The notes under the pieces: model-generated
The model's database searches: none
Seen by the model: only the letters and a program-made list of their open reading frames with translations
What the model was told of the DNA's origin: nothing
Shown here: positions 1-9,748 of the stretch, piece by piece
Position numbering within the stretch: position 1 is the first letter of the stretch
Layout of the letters: every line of letters begins with the position of its first letter
Source: Gammaproteobacteria bacterium
GTDB taxonomy: Bacteria; Pseudomonadota; Gammaproteobacteria; UBA4575
NCBI GenBank assembly: GCA_965221955.1
Contig: CBDCTA010000028.1
Coordinates: forward strand, 118,700 to 182,699
DNA length: 64,000 nucleotides
Direction: 5' to 3'
Position numbers and translations under genes: made by a program

Positions 1-1027
1 CTGCAACAATTCCTGCTAAAGGCAATAGTTCTGGACCGAATAACTCTTTCGTCCAACCTCCTACAAAACCTACAAAGGTCACAACCATGATTAACGGCCC
101 AGGCGTTGTTTCGCCCAAGGCTAACCCATCAATCATTTGTGTTGCAGTAAGCCAACCGAATTGATCTACTCCACCTTGATACACATATGGCAATACCGCA
201 TACGCACCACCAAAAGTTACCAATGCGGCTTTGGTAAAAAATACTCCCATTTGAGTCAGTGGATTATCCCAACCAAACTTAAAATAAAGTGCAGCTAAAA
301 CTGCAACTCCAATCCCTACTCCTATAACAATAAATGTAAGCGACCTCAACCAACTAAACTTTGCATAATCTGGTATAGGTGTATTGTCATCAATGATCGC
401 TGGCCCATATGAGTCCTGTGCTTCAGTTTTATGTAGCTCCGCATTGAAAGAATCAGGAATAGTTTTGGAACCAATAAAACCTAGAATGCCTGCACCAATT
501 ACAATTAACGGAAAAGGTACATGAAAATAAAAAATAGCAATGAATGCAATTAAAGCTATCGCACGTAACACATTATTTTTTAAGGCTCGAGAACCAATTC
601 GGTAGGCAGCGAATAGCACAATCGCTGTTACAGCAGGTTTTACACCATACAATACTCCTGACACAATTTGAGTCTGCCCATATTCTAAATATATCCAAGT
701 AAGTGCTATAAGAATAAATAACGAGGGCAATACGAATAAACCACCTGCAATCAATCCACCTTTAACACCATGCATCAACCAACCTATATAGGTTGCAAGT
801 TGTTGAGCCTCGGGACCCGGCAGCACCATAGTGTAATTCAATGCATGCAAAAAACGATGCTCAGATATCCAACGACGTCGCTCCACTAACTCTTGGTGCA
901 TCATACTAATTTGACCTGCAGGTCCACCAAAGCTTATGAAACCAAGCTTTAGCCAGTATAAAAATGCTTCACTAATTTTAATCTTGGCTGGAATATTTAC
1001 CATTTCAGCTTTTGAATAAGTAGCCAT
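1..1027 (-). CDS. chrA: Chromate ion transporter (CHR family, long chain), 3' end outside window
   Basis: Not in the ORF track because no stop falls in the window. Manual translation from ATG 1027 gives MATYSKAE...WLKLGFISFGGPAGQISMMHQELVERRRWISE...LPGPEAQQLATYIGW, and a second half with TFGGAYAVLPY and LGETTPGPLIM, both CHR signatures. Confidence 0.9.
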   Translation of the reverse strand, partial: MATYSKAEMVNIPAKIKISEAFLYWLKLGFISFGGPAGQISMMHQELVERRRWISEHRFLHALNYTMVLPGPEAQQLATYIGWLMHGVKGGLIAGGLFVLPSLFILIALTWIYLEYGQTQIVSGVLYGVKPAVTAIVLFAAYRIGSRALKNNVLRAIALIAFIAIFYFHVPFPLIVIGAGILGFIGSKTIPDSFNAELHKTEAQDSYGPAIIDDNTPIPDYAKFSWLRSLTFIVIGVGIGVAVLAALYFKFGWDNPLTQMGVFFTKAALVTFGGAYAVLPYVYQGGVDQFGWLTATQMIDGLALGETTPGPLIMVVTFVGFVGGWTKELFGPELLPLAGIVA

Positions 1028-1250
1028 AATGAACGATATATACAGGAAAACTACAGGCAATGTCCGTTTATCTACTTATGCACTCTTCCTATCATGATAT
1101 TTATATACATATAAATTAATTTTTAATACTTTAAATGTCACTTGGGAAAGTGTTTGTAGATATTTAGGAATTGCAATCAAAAGCTCGAAACATGAGTACC
1201 TACTGGTTTCTAAATATTATTAATAATCAAAGATTATTGAAGAAACACTT

Positions 1251-1826
1251 ATGGAAGATCTCATCGAAGAAATTCACTATGACCACATTAAATTTAGCAA
1301 GGTATTAGACATTCTTGCTGAGCAGCTCGAATGCATGCGTGATAACAAATCTGCTGACTATCCTCTAATGCTGGATGCAATAAATTATATCGAAAATTAT
1401 ACTGAATTTGCGTTAGCCCCTAAAGAAGATGCAATTTTTAAAAGATCTTCAGAAGATGATAGTTTTGTAGACCTGAGAGGTACAATTAAGCTACTGCGTT
1501 CAGAAAACCGTGAACTGAAAACACTCTCTCGCAAGTTGCACGGCTATATCAATGCAGCATTAGAAAGCTCTATATTTGAAAAAGACAAGTTTGAGCGCAA
1601 ACTTGAAGCTTGCATTAAACGACAACGTGATCACATGCATATGGAGCAAATTATTATCTTTCCTCTTTTAAGGAAAAGATTAAGCGCTAAACAAATCGAA
1701 AAGTTAAGTTCCGATTACAAAGCCAAATCAGATACTAAAATTTCTGAAGATTTTTGCGAAAAATATAACGAACTCTATAAAAGAATTACTCATACAAGCC
1801 ATTCAGACACTAATAGTATTCATTAG
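1251..1826 (+). CDS. Hemerythrin-like (HHE cation-binding) domain protein
   Basis: N-terminal IHYDH, central PKEDAIF and C-terminal HMHMEQxxIFP pattern; all-helical composition. Confidence 0.65.
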   Translation: MEDLIEEIHYDHIKFSKVLDILAEQLECMRDNKSADYPLMLDAINYIENYTEFALAPKEDAIFKRSSEDDSFVDLRGTIKLLRSENRELKTLSRKLHGYINAALESSIFEKDKFERKLEACIKRQRDHMHMEQIIIFPLLRKRLSAKQIEKLSSDYKAKSDTKISEDFCEKYNELYKRITHTSHSDTNSIH

Positions 1827-1849
1827 TCTTTCCGCAATATAAAAGCTGC

Positions 1850-3226
1850 CTAGCCATTAGCAATGGAGAGCATTTCTTCACGGCGCGTAAATTTCTCTCG
1901 AGGTTTATTTTTGGGTTCTCCTGCTGCGACTTCTGCTGCATCAATTTTCATCCATTGGCCATAATTGATGTATTGCACACCATTGCCATCCAAAATTTTA
2001 TACAAAGCTTCTCGACCAGGTTTATTTGCATCTAATTTCGACACATCTTCTAGCAACATATCTACTGACTCCACTGCGCATGCGCGGTTGGTACCTATAA
2101 TTCCAGAAGGACCACGCTTAATCCAACCTGCTGTATATAAACCTGGCACCACATCCCCTCCATGTTCAGTCGTAATACGTCCATTTTCATTAGGGATGGT
2201 GCCCCAACGATCATAGAAAGGTACACCTGGAATAGGCACACCATTGTAGCCAATACTGCGGAATAAAATTCCGCAGTCAATTTCCATGGTTTCACCAATT
2301 CCTTTACAAGATTGTTTAAATGGCTCTCCATCAAGAGTATTAATTTCAAATACAACTTTCTCTAAGCGACCATCACCTTCCAATCGAATAGGGCTTTTTA
2401 GAAACGTAGAAATACAGGTACGCGGCTTTCCTGTGTCTTCAGATTCTGCAAACTTTTGAAAGATTTCGACATTCTTTTTATTCCCACGCCCTTCTTTCAT
2501 TTCCAGTTCTTGCAAACTCGTCTCGTTCAGCTCTAATTCCTTAGGATCAATATAGGCACGACAGTTTTCAATTTCTAAGAATTCTTTTAATTCTTTAGAA
2601 GCAAATTTGGCTTGCGCTGGACCTCGTCGCCCAACCACATAAATCGTTTTAATTTTACTCTCAGCTAATGCATCCAGTGCATGTTGCGAGATATCAGTAT
2701 GTTTCAATTCGTCTACAGACTTCGCCAGAATTCGTGACACATCTGCTGCAACATTCCCTTGACCAATCACAATTGCAGTTTCGTGTGAAAGATCAAATGT
2801 ACGGTCCCGGTAATCTGGATGTCCGTTATACCAACCTACAAACTCTGTTGCCGTGTAACTACCTAATAAATCTTCGCCAGGTACGCCTAACTTACGATCG
2901 GTTTCAGCACCACAGGTATAAATTACGGCATGGTGTGTTTCTTGTAATTCTTCTGCCTTAATATCCTTACCTACCGTTACATTGCCGACAAAATTAAACT
3001 CAGGATTTTGTGCGATTTTCTTATATACTTCGATCGCCTGCTTGAGTTTTGGATGATCAGGAGCCACACCACTGCGCACCAGACCAAATGGTGCAGGCAA
3101 CCTTTCAATCAAATCGATTTCAACATTGAGGTCAGACTTAATTAATGCTTCGGTTGCATAGAAACCACTTGGACCACTTCCAACAATGGCTACACGTAAT
3201 GGGTTACTTTCGCTTCCAAGACTCAT
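1850..3226 (-). CDS. Ferredoxin-NADP+ reductase, adrenodoxin-reductase/FprA type
   Basis: VAIVGSGPSG (FAD), GLVRSGVAPDH, IGQGNVAADV (NADP), GRRGP and GWIKRGPSGIIGTN motifs. Confidence 0.9.
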   Translation of the reverse strand: MSLGSESNPLRVAIVGSGPSGFYATEALIKSDLNVEIDLIERLPAPFGLVRSGVAPDHPKLKQAIEVYKKIAQNPEFNFVGNVTVGKDIKAEELQETHHAVIYTCGAETDRKLGVPGEDLLGSYTATEFVGWYNGHPDYRDRTFDLSHETAIVIGQGNVAADVSRILAKSVDELKHTDISQHALDALAESKIKTIYVVGRRGPAQAKFASKELKEFLEIENCRAYIDPKELELNETSLQELEMKEGRGNKKNVEIFQKFAESEDTGKPRTCISTFLKSPIRLEGDGRLEKVVFEINTLDGEPFKQSCKGIGETMEIDCGILFRSIGYNGVPIPGVPFYDRWGTIPNENGRITTEHGGDVVPGLYTAGWIKRGPSGIIGTNRACAVESVDMLLEDVSKLDANKPGREALYKILDGNGVQYINYGQWMKIDAAEVAAGEPKNKPREKFTRREEMLSIANG

Positions 3227-3271
3227 TCAAAACTCCTCATCATTAATCTATTTCTTATATTTATTTACTAC

Positions 3272-3300
3272 AAACAAAACGCACAGGAAATTGCTGTGCG
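3272..3300 (-). terminator. Possible intrinsic terminator between the ferredoxin and reductase genes
   Basis: CGCACAG-N7-CTGTGCG hairpin followed on the minus strand by TTTTGTTT. Confidence 0.45.
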
Positions 3301-3332
3301 TAATTAAAGTCTATATATTTTCTAGCAAAAGT

Positions 3333-3442
3333 TCTGATTTTTTCTGAGACGAGACAAAAAATGTTGCAAAAAACGGAGCTTACTAATCAGTAAATGAGTA
3401 TTTTTAAAACATTTTTTAACGAAGTATTCAGAACAAATCAGA
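3333..3442. repeat. Palindromic intergenic element (RPE/MITE-like), copy 1
   Basis: Terminal IR TCTGATTTTTTCTGA / TCAGAACAAATCAGA, inner IR AAAAAATGTT / AACATTTTTT, core GAGCTTAC-N7-TAAATGAGTA...AACGAAGTA shared with 9749-9870. Confidence 0.7.
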
Positions 3443-3454
3443 GATTCTTGAGCT

Positions 3455-3760
3455 TTAGAATCCTAATTCTGATTTGCGATCTTCAGCACCAGGCAATGGA
3501 TCCATGGGCTCTTCAATTAAAGGCAGGTCACCGCATTTTTCAGCGTTGATTTCAACCCAGCCTTCTTGGCCTTCAGGAATGTCATCTTCTTCATAAATAG
3601 CCTCTACTGGACATTCTGGAATACATGCACTGCAATCAATACAAACCTCAGGGTCGATATAAAGCATTTCATCATCGTAGTGAAAACACGCAACTGGACA
3701 AACCGAAACACAATCTGTGAATCGACAGCCCTTACAATTTTCAGTTACAACTGTAGTCAT
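3455..3760 (-). CDS. fdxA: 7Fe ([3Fe-4S][4Fe-4S]) ferredoxin, Azotobacter FdI type
   Basis: CKGCRFTDCVSVCPVAC and CIDCSACIPECP motifs. ATG 3760 has a GGAG RBS and is preferred over the track start at 3799. Confidence 0.9.
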   Translation of the reverse strand: MTTVVTENCKGCRFTDCVSVCPVACFHYDDEMLYIDPEVCIDCSACIPECPVEAIYEEDDIPEGQEGWVEINAEKCGDLPLIEEPMDPLPGAEDRKSELGF

Positions 3761-3847
3761 TAGTTTGTCTCCTATATTATTAAGATAATTTAACCACAAA
3801 TATAGAAAACGCGATGAGTGTTCCGAAGCAAGTGATGTTTTCGAGTA

Positions 3848-4666
3848 TTATTTTGAAAACAATAAAACCTCGCCACGATTGAGTTCAATCCCGTCTCCGC
3901 TATAACGTTTGTAGATACCATTTAGGTGTTTATCTTGAATTTTCCTCTTGAAGCCATGGTCTTGCAACTTCCTAAGATAAAATCTTAAAAATAGTGGGCG
4001 ATATGTGCACGCATACTCGAAGCTAGGTAACATCTGCGCATCTTCTAATGATGCAATAGTGCCACGTTTCATACCTGCACCCGTTCGAATACCTAATTCA
4101 CCCAAAACAATAATCGAACCTGCCAACATATTTACACCTGTGAAATCACCTGCGTTTCCACCAATCGCAATAAAACCACGGCGCATGGCACTACCAATCT
4201 CGTTTTTTGCATCGCCATGAATAAATATTTCTCCACCTGTAATACCTACGGTATGACCTCTGTATGCAGCTCCAACCATGTGGCCAGCATTCTTTTTAAC
4301 AACAATACGACCACCCGACATTTCAGGGCCCACCCAATCTCCAGCATTACCTTCTACGACAATTTCTCCACCTGACATTCCTAATCCAAGGTGCATGCCT
4401 ACATCACCTTCAATGATGATTTTGCCCTCTGACATACCGGCACCAATCATTTTTACATTGGATAAATCGCCCTCGAGTAAAATTTCAGAATTGCCTTTAC
4501 CTGTTACTGTAAAGAAATCGCCTAAATTTGCTTTTACATTGCCATGCATTACAGGTAAATGCTCAATACCTGATTGTGATAGACCAGATAGTGTTGCCGT
4601 GTTAAGCACTTCAGCTTCCAACGGTACATCTGGTTGAGTGTGCAATTTTAAATGCGCTGTAGACAT
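3848..4666 (-). CDS. fwdC: Formylmethanofuran dehydrogenase subunit C (GXGXG beta-helix)
   Basis: Repeated GxxMSGGxIxxxGNAG units; last gene of the fwdDBA-ftr-C block. Confidence 0.9.
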   Translation of the reverse strand: MSTAHLKLHTQPDVPLEAEVLNTATLSGLSQSGIEHLPVMHGNVKANLGDFFTVTGKGNSEILLEGDLSNVKMIGAGMSEGKIIIEGDVGMHLGLGMSGGEIVVEGNAGDWVGPEMSGGRIVVKKNAGHMVGAAYRGHTVGITGGEIFIHGDAKNEIGSAMRRGFIAIGGNAGDFTGVNMLAGSIIVLGELGIRTGAGMKRGTIASLEDAQMLPSFEYACTYRPLFLRFYLRKLQDHGFKRKIQDKHLNGIYKRYSGDGIELNRGEVLLFSK

Positions 4667-4719
4667 AATATGTTACTTTATATCTGACTTATTTCTTGTT
4701 GTATTTAATGTAAAAAAAT

Positions 4720-5610
4720 TTATCCAACTAATTCATTTAAGTGGAATTTATACTTACCTAGCTCTCCACCGTAATTACCTGCCGAAATCATTGTGGCACC
4801 TTTTTCTGCTGCCGCCTTTATACCTCGTCGCATGGCTTCTTTAACGGCATCTTCAGTGAGACCATCGATCACGATCTCATAAATGGCTTCGACATTTTCA
4901 GGCACAACTGTATTATTACTAATTGATCGAAGCGTTGGACAATATGCGTCATTTGTTGATGCAATCATGCCTTTATATTTTGCACCGATTTTACTTCCCG
5001 ATCGCACGACCCCCTGCGGGAAAGGCAAAAATACGCCACCCACTTCACGCATTGCATGAGTTGCTGCAATCGACGCGCGTAATGCGATGCCTCTTGTTGA
5101 ACCAAATATAATTAAATTACCCCCGCCTACTGCGGGTTTAATTCCGAATTGATCATCAATGAGAAACTCACCTGACATTACAGGAATCCGCCACAAGCGA
5201 ATGTCATCAATAAGCTTACTAATTTGATAACCATCACCAAAGAAACGTAATTTACCACCAACAGAAACAGAATCTTCAGATTCCAAACCGTTGTAACAGG
5301 CTGATGTCGGACAAGTCATCACACACTGACCGATACGATCAATTAATTGACCTGCAATGGTTTTAGAACTCATAGTGAATAACAACACGCTTATTCCAGG
5401 ACGACCATCTGGTGTATCTGATTCAGGTATTTCACACTCCACTGCAGCTTCTAATTTGCAACGAATTACAGATGTAGCAAACCCTGTCATAGAAGCCGCC
5501 GCCGCACGCGCCCATTGTTTCGTATCAGCAGTGATAATCACTCGCGAGCCACACATTTCAAATGCTTCTGCAAATGTATCTACAATTTCAGTTTTACCAA
5601 TTTTCATCAT
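4720..5610 (-). CDS. ftr: Formylmethanofuran:H4MPT formyltransferase, copy 1
   Basis: IVDTFAEAF, ETPDGRPG-like TPDGRPG, RIGQCVMTCPT, RSGSK and AGNYGG motifs. Confidence 0.93.
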   Translation of the reverse strand: MMKIGKTEIVDTFAEAFEMCGSRVIITADTKQWARAAAASMTGFATSVIRCKLEAAVECEIPESDTPDGRPGISVLLFTMSSKTIAGQLIDRIGQCVMTCPTSACYNGLESEDSVSVGGKLRFFGDGYQISKLIDDIRLWRIPVMSGEFLIDDQFGIKPAVGGGNLIIFGSTRGIALRASIAATHAMREVGGVFLPFPQGVVRSGSKIGAKYKGMIASTNDAYCPTLRSISNNTVVPENVEAIYEIVIDGLTEDAVKEAMRRGIKAAAEKGATMISAGNYGGELGKYKFHLNELVG

Positions 5611-5623
5611 GTTGATAACTAAA

Positions 5624-7270
5624 CTAAGCTTTAGGGTTTACAGGAACCACTTCATGTTTGTGTAAATATTCTTCACCAATTGCATAGTTGCTAAACTTAA
5701 CCGAATAATAATCTTCAAAGAATGGCTCAATTTCACCCGCAATATCTTCGTTATAACCTGGTTTAGAATGCAGTAGTTTGCCCTTATGGTCTGTTGCAAA
5801 TTCATGATCTTTAATTACCGTTACACCATCTTTGATGACATAACGTGGTGCATTAAACATCGCTTCTTTATCATCTTCTTCAGTGTAGATTGTAATGTCC
5901 GCATCAGCGCCGTTTCCAAGATGACCTTTATTCGCCAACCCCAAGGCTCTTGCAGGGCCAGCACGAGTAATAATGGCAATTTCATTTAAAGTATATTCAC
6001 GATCTAAGTCACGCAAACTAGATTGGTCAATTGCTTTTTGATTTACATGTTTCAGTGCTTCTTTTCTATAACCACTATCCATTAATAACTTAATCAGTTT
6101 TGGATAACTCATAAATGAACCACCATTTGGATGATCTGTTGATAGCAAAACACGCCATGGGTCTTTTGAATGCAGAAACAATTCTAAACCCATTGCCCAT
6201 TGCAAGGCGTGGGTGTACACACTTTCTTGATAAGAAAACGGAATAATTCCACACCCACTTTCACATTCTGTATCAGCATTTACCCACTTCGCAGGTTTTA
6301 CGTTTCTTAACATCCACGCCAAGGGGGCATCTGCAGTCATTGCAGTCGCTTTACCAAACATGACCTGACCCACATCACAGGTGATGTTTTCGTTATCATT
6401 TACGTAATCAATTATATCTTTTACACCAGACTTGGCGTTTTTATTTAACTCTCCCCCAAAACTATGAAACTGGATATGCGCCATGTGTACTCGACGACCT
6501 TGTGCAGCTTTCATCGTGTCCAGCGTGGTACTGATGTTTCCGCTGTGACCCAAATTATTACAATGCACGTGTGGCGGATGAGGCAATCCTAATTCATGCG
6601 CAGCTTCAATAAAGCTTTCGATAACATGATTTGGCGTGATATCGTAGTGATCGATTTTCTCATTAACGTTGGTAATATTTGCATTTTTACGTCCCTTCCA
6701 TAATTCATCACTACCCACGTTTACTAGCTTAAGTGTGTGTGCATGCACGGAATTAATCCACCATGCAATTGCTTCTTTAAATTCGTTCTTGCGACCTTCT
6801 TTAAGTAGTTTATATAAAAATGCATTATTCCCAAGCAACACATAGAAACCTTTATCAATAACTGGTGTGTCATCTAATTCTTCTAAGGTATGTCTTGCAG
6901 ATATCGGTGGAACTGCTGCTTCCATTGCTGTGGTGTATCCCATGGTGGCATATCGATACCCAGTCGCAAAAGTAGAAGGCACAATACCTCCTGTTCCGGA
7001 ACGTGTAATCGCAGTTTTTGGATGCACATCTAAACGATGATCTTCAGGTTGAAGTTTTCGTGCTAGATTTACTTTTGCACCTGCAATATGACAATGAATA
7101 TCTACTGCGCCTGGCATAATCACCATGCCATGTGCATCTATTTTAGTTGCTGAACCCGAAACTGAATCAACGACCTTGCCGTCTTTTACACAGACGTCTT
7201 GAACTTTACCATCGATATTGTTTGCAGGATCGTATACACGACCATTTACAATTCTTAACTCTGAAGACAT
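5624..7270 (-). CDS. fwdA: Formylmethanofuran dehydrolase/dehydrogenase subunit A (binuclear amidohydrolase), copy 1
   Basis: GRVYDPAN, DIHCHIAG, KLVN, HVHCNNLG, AHIQFHSFG and STDHPNGG motifs. Confidence 0.93.
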   Translation of the reverse strand: MSSELRIVNGRVYDPANNIDGKVQDVCVKDGKVVDSVSGSATKIDAHGMVIMPGAVDIHCHIAGAKVNLARKLQPEDHRLDVHPKTAITRSGTGGIVPSTFATGYRYATMGYTTAMEAAVPPISARHTLEELDDTPVIDKGFYVLLGNNAFLYKLLKEGRKNEFKEAIAWWINSVHAHTLKLVNVGSDELWKGRKNANITNVNEKIDHYDITPNHVIESFIEAAHELGLPHPPHVHCNNLGHSGNISTTLDTMKAAQGRRVHMAHIQFHSFGGELNKNAKSGVKDIIDYVNDNENITCDVGQVMFGKATAMTADAPLAWMLRNVKPAKWVNADTECESGCGIIPFSYQESVYTHALQWAMGLELFLHSKDPWRVLLSTDHPNGGSFMSYPKLIKLLMDSGYRKEALKHVNQKAIDQSSLRDLDREYTLNEIAIITRAGPARALGLANKGHLGNGADADITIYTEEDDKEAMFNAPRYVIKDGVTVIKDHEFATDHKGKLLHSKPGYNEDIAGEIEPFFEDYYSVKFSNYAIGEEYLHKHEVVPVNPKA

Positions 7271-7351
7271 ATATTTTAGTTGTTATTTTTTACAACAACT
7301 CCATCGCTGCAGTTGCTCTAAATTTATTAATTATGTTATCCGTTTTAAAAT

Positions 7352-8725
7352 TTACGCAGCAACGCGTGCTTTACTTCCCTTAAGCTTTTCTTTAACGCGT
7401 TTGCGAATCGCCTCTAATACTTCTTGGTCGGATGGATAGGTCGATTCAAATGCAGGGCGCAAAGAAATCGGCACATCATCCATTCTATAAACTGTACCAC
7501 CTGTGTTAATGCCATAAGTTGAAACTGCAAAACGCACTTTAGCAATACTACTTGTCACTGTGTCTTTTGTATCTAATGAAATAATTGGAATTTTCTTCAT
7601 ATGTTCAATTGCAGCTTTAGGAAAATTTGACGCAGGATCAGAAGCAATAATCATCGCCGCATCCGCCTCTCCACGTGAAAGCAAATCAGTCGTTGTAAAT
7701 TCACCTGGATTAAAACGAGGGTAGCCGCGATTGAAATTCACACCAAAAGGATATCCTGTTTGCCAAGACACAACATTATCAGCTCCTGTCACATTACCAT
7801 GGCCACGTACAGGTTTAGCTACGAAGTGAGTAAATTCATTTAAATCTGCCGCTAATGACAATAACGCTCCCGAATTAAAATGCCGCCCTCTCGTCATCGT
7901 TAAACCCATACCAAAAAACAACACGCCAAATTGGCAGTTCTTCATGCGATCAACTAAGTCATCTAATACATCTCGTGATACGCCTGTTTGTTCTTCAATG
8001 TCGTTACTAATCTTTTTACCTTTAACCAACGCACGCAACGCCCATAGTACTTCAAAGTCTTTACCAGGTTTAAGTTTTACAAAGATATCCGCTACAGGCG
8101 CACTTGGTGTTTTACGCACATCAAATAACACTACAGTACGATCTTTTTTCCCATTTGGAATGTACATACCTTTTGGTGTTACCGCATAACGTGTGAAATG
8201 TCGTGGATGTGATTCAGCTGGATTACCACCCCAGTAGATAATTAAATCTGCACGGTTCTTAACTTCACCTAATGTTGCAGTACTCTCCCCTACTCCTTGG
8301 AAGGCCATACCCGATGGACCGTGACAAACTGACGTTGTGGTATCAATGTTCCCGTTTATCGTATCCATGATATCTACGGTGACACGTTGTGCTTCACAAG
8401 TTGAATCACTCATTCCATACGTGATTGGAAACTTTGCATCAACTAAGATCTTTGCTGCTGCTTCAACACCTTCTTCAAAACTGGCTTTTTTACCATCAAT
8501 TAACACTTCTGGGCGCGTATCTAAAGTGTGTTCGTAAAACCAGGCACGGCCTAAAACACACGCTTTTTTAGCTTTGGTAATTTTATGTTGATCTAGATCG
8601 ACTGTGAGTTCCATATCGTCACAAACACAACCACAAAAGGTGCACGTTGCGTCTTTAACGATTTTAATATTTTTATTTTCTTCTTTGGTTTTTACGGGTG
8701 CTTTTGCAGGCGCTGTTTCACTCAT
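7352..8725 (-). CDS. fwdB: Formylmethanofuran dehydrogenase subunit B (Mo/W-bisPGD catalytic subunit, motifs intact)
   Basis: CTFCGCVCDD...KACVLG [4Fe-4S] ligands, SVCHGPS (metal-ligating Cys plus His), TLGEVKNRAD, NPAESHPRH and RGHGNV. Confidence 0.92.
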   Translation of the reverse strand: MSETAPAKAPVKTKEENKNIKIVKDATCTFCGCVCDDMELTVDLDQHKITKAKKACVLGRAWFYEHTLDTRPEVLIDGKKASFEEGVEAAAKILVDAKFPITYGMSDSTCEAQRVTVDIMDTINGNIDTTTSVCHGPSGMAFQGVGESTATLGEVKNRADLIIYWGGNPAESHPRHFTRYAVTPKGMYIPNGKKDRTVVLFDVRKTPSAPVADIFVKLKPGKDFEVLWALRALVKGKKISNDIEEQTGVSRDVLDDLVDRMKNCQFGVLFFGMGLTMTRGRHFNSGALLSLAADLNEFTHFVAKPVRGHGNVTGADNVVSWQTGYPFGVNFNRGYPRFNPGEFTTTDLLSRGEADAAMIIASDPASNFPKAAIEHMKKIPIISLDTKDTVTSSIAKVRFAVSTYGINTGGTVYRMDDVPISLRPAFESTYPSDQEVLEAIRKRVKEKLKGSKARVAA

Positions 8726-8756
8726 AACAAATATTCCAAATAATTAAGTAATAAAT

Positions 8757-9101
8757 TTATCTTGCTTTAGTAACGGTAACTTCCATATGTTTAGACAATG
8801 GCATACCTGTTCCAGCAGTATCCGATGCCATCAATTCACTTGAAGGTGGCCCATACGGAATAAAAATCATTCCTGAGGGAAGGTCTTCATCTTTTTTACT
8901 TTTACAGGTCACTACAGTTTGGCCAACCTCTGACTTCAAACGAATTTTGTCACCATCTTTCAACTTAAGTCGCTTCATGTCTTTTTCATTCAGCTCAGCA
9001 GTAGAGGTTACTTTCTTATATTCGTCTTTAAGCTTGCCTTCATTTAGAGATGTCCCCTGGCTTTGTGACCGGCCGGGTACAAGTATCATGGTCTCCGCCA
9101 T
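8757..9101 (-). CDS. fwdD: Formylmethanofuran dehydrogenase subunit D (molybdopterin dinucleotide-binding domain)
   Basis: GRSxxQG, LNxxDMKRLxLKDGDKI, GMIFIPYGP and TAGTGMPxxK motifs; first gene of the operon. Confidence 0.88.
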   Translation of the reverse strand: MAETMILVPGRSQSQGTSLNEGKLKDEYKKVTSTAELNEKDMKRLKLKDGDKIRLKSEVGQTVVTCKSKKDEDLPSGMIFIPYGPPSSELMASDTAGTGMPLSKHMEVTVTKAR

Positions 9102-9460
9102 CTAGGATTCCTTATAAATACAAAAAGTAATAAGTTTTTACTGTAAGCGAGAGAAAATAGATCTTAGGCCAAATTTCGTTCCACCAAACGTATTCGATGA
9201 GAAAAACCGCCAATTGTCTACCCCAAATTTAAGGTAAAGAGGTAGTGTGTGCTAACTCTGCAGAGATATAATGTTAGCATATTTAACTTAATTTACACCT
9301 GCTTTAGCTAATATTTGAGGCTATATAGGGGTTAAAGCTGGGTAAGAAATAAACAGTTACAGCAAGTTAGCAACTAGCTTGAACAGGCTATAATTCGCTA
9401 CACTAAACTGATAAGAACAATTGAATACCATAATAACAACCCTATTCAAGGAGATTTTCC

Positions 9461-9733
9461 ATGCCTAAATACATAATTGAACGTGAAATACCAGGTGCCG
9501 GTGATTTGACAGCTGCCGAGCTTCAAGGTATCTCGCAAAAATCTTGCAGCATTTTGAAAAACATGGGACCACAAATTCAATGGGTAGAAAGTGTTGTCAC
9601 TGATGACAAAGTGTACTGCACTTATATTGCACCAAATGAAGATGAAATTCGTAAGCATGCCGAAGAAGGCGGCTTTCCAGCGAATAAGATCTCTGAAATA
9701 CGAGGAATGATTGACCCAACCACTTCTGAATAA
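9461..9733 (+). CDS. DUF4242 family protein (SCO4226-like)
   Basis: MPKYIIEREIPGAG, QWVESxVTDDKVYCxYxAPxExxIRKHAxxGGFPANKI; AAGGAG RBS. Confidence 0.85.
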   Translation: MPKYIIEREIPGAGDLTAAELQGISQKSCSILKNMGPQIQWVESVVTDDKVYCTYIAPNEDEIRKHAEEGGFPANKISEIRGMIDPTTSE

Positions 9734-9748
9734 TCTCAATAAAATCTA

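Noticed and set aside
9102-9460. Moco/tungsten-cofactor riboswitch upstream of fwdD
   Set aside because: Only weak hairpins (for example 9363-9381); the conserved motif could not be recognised. A covariance model search would be needed.
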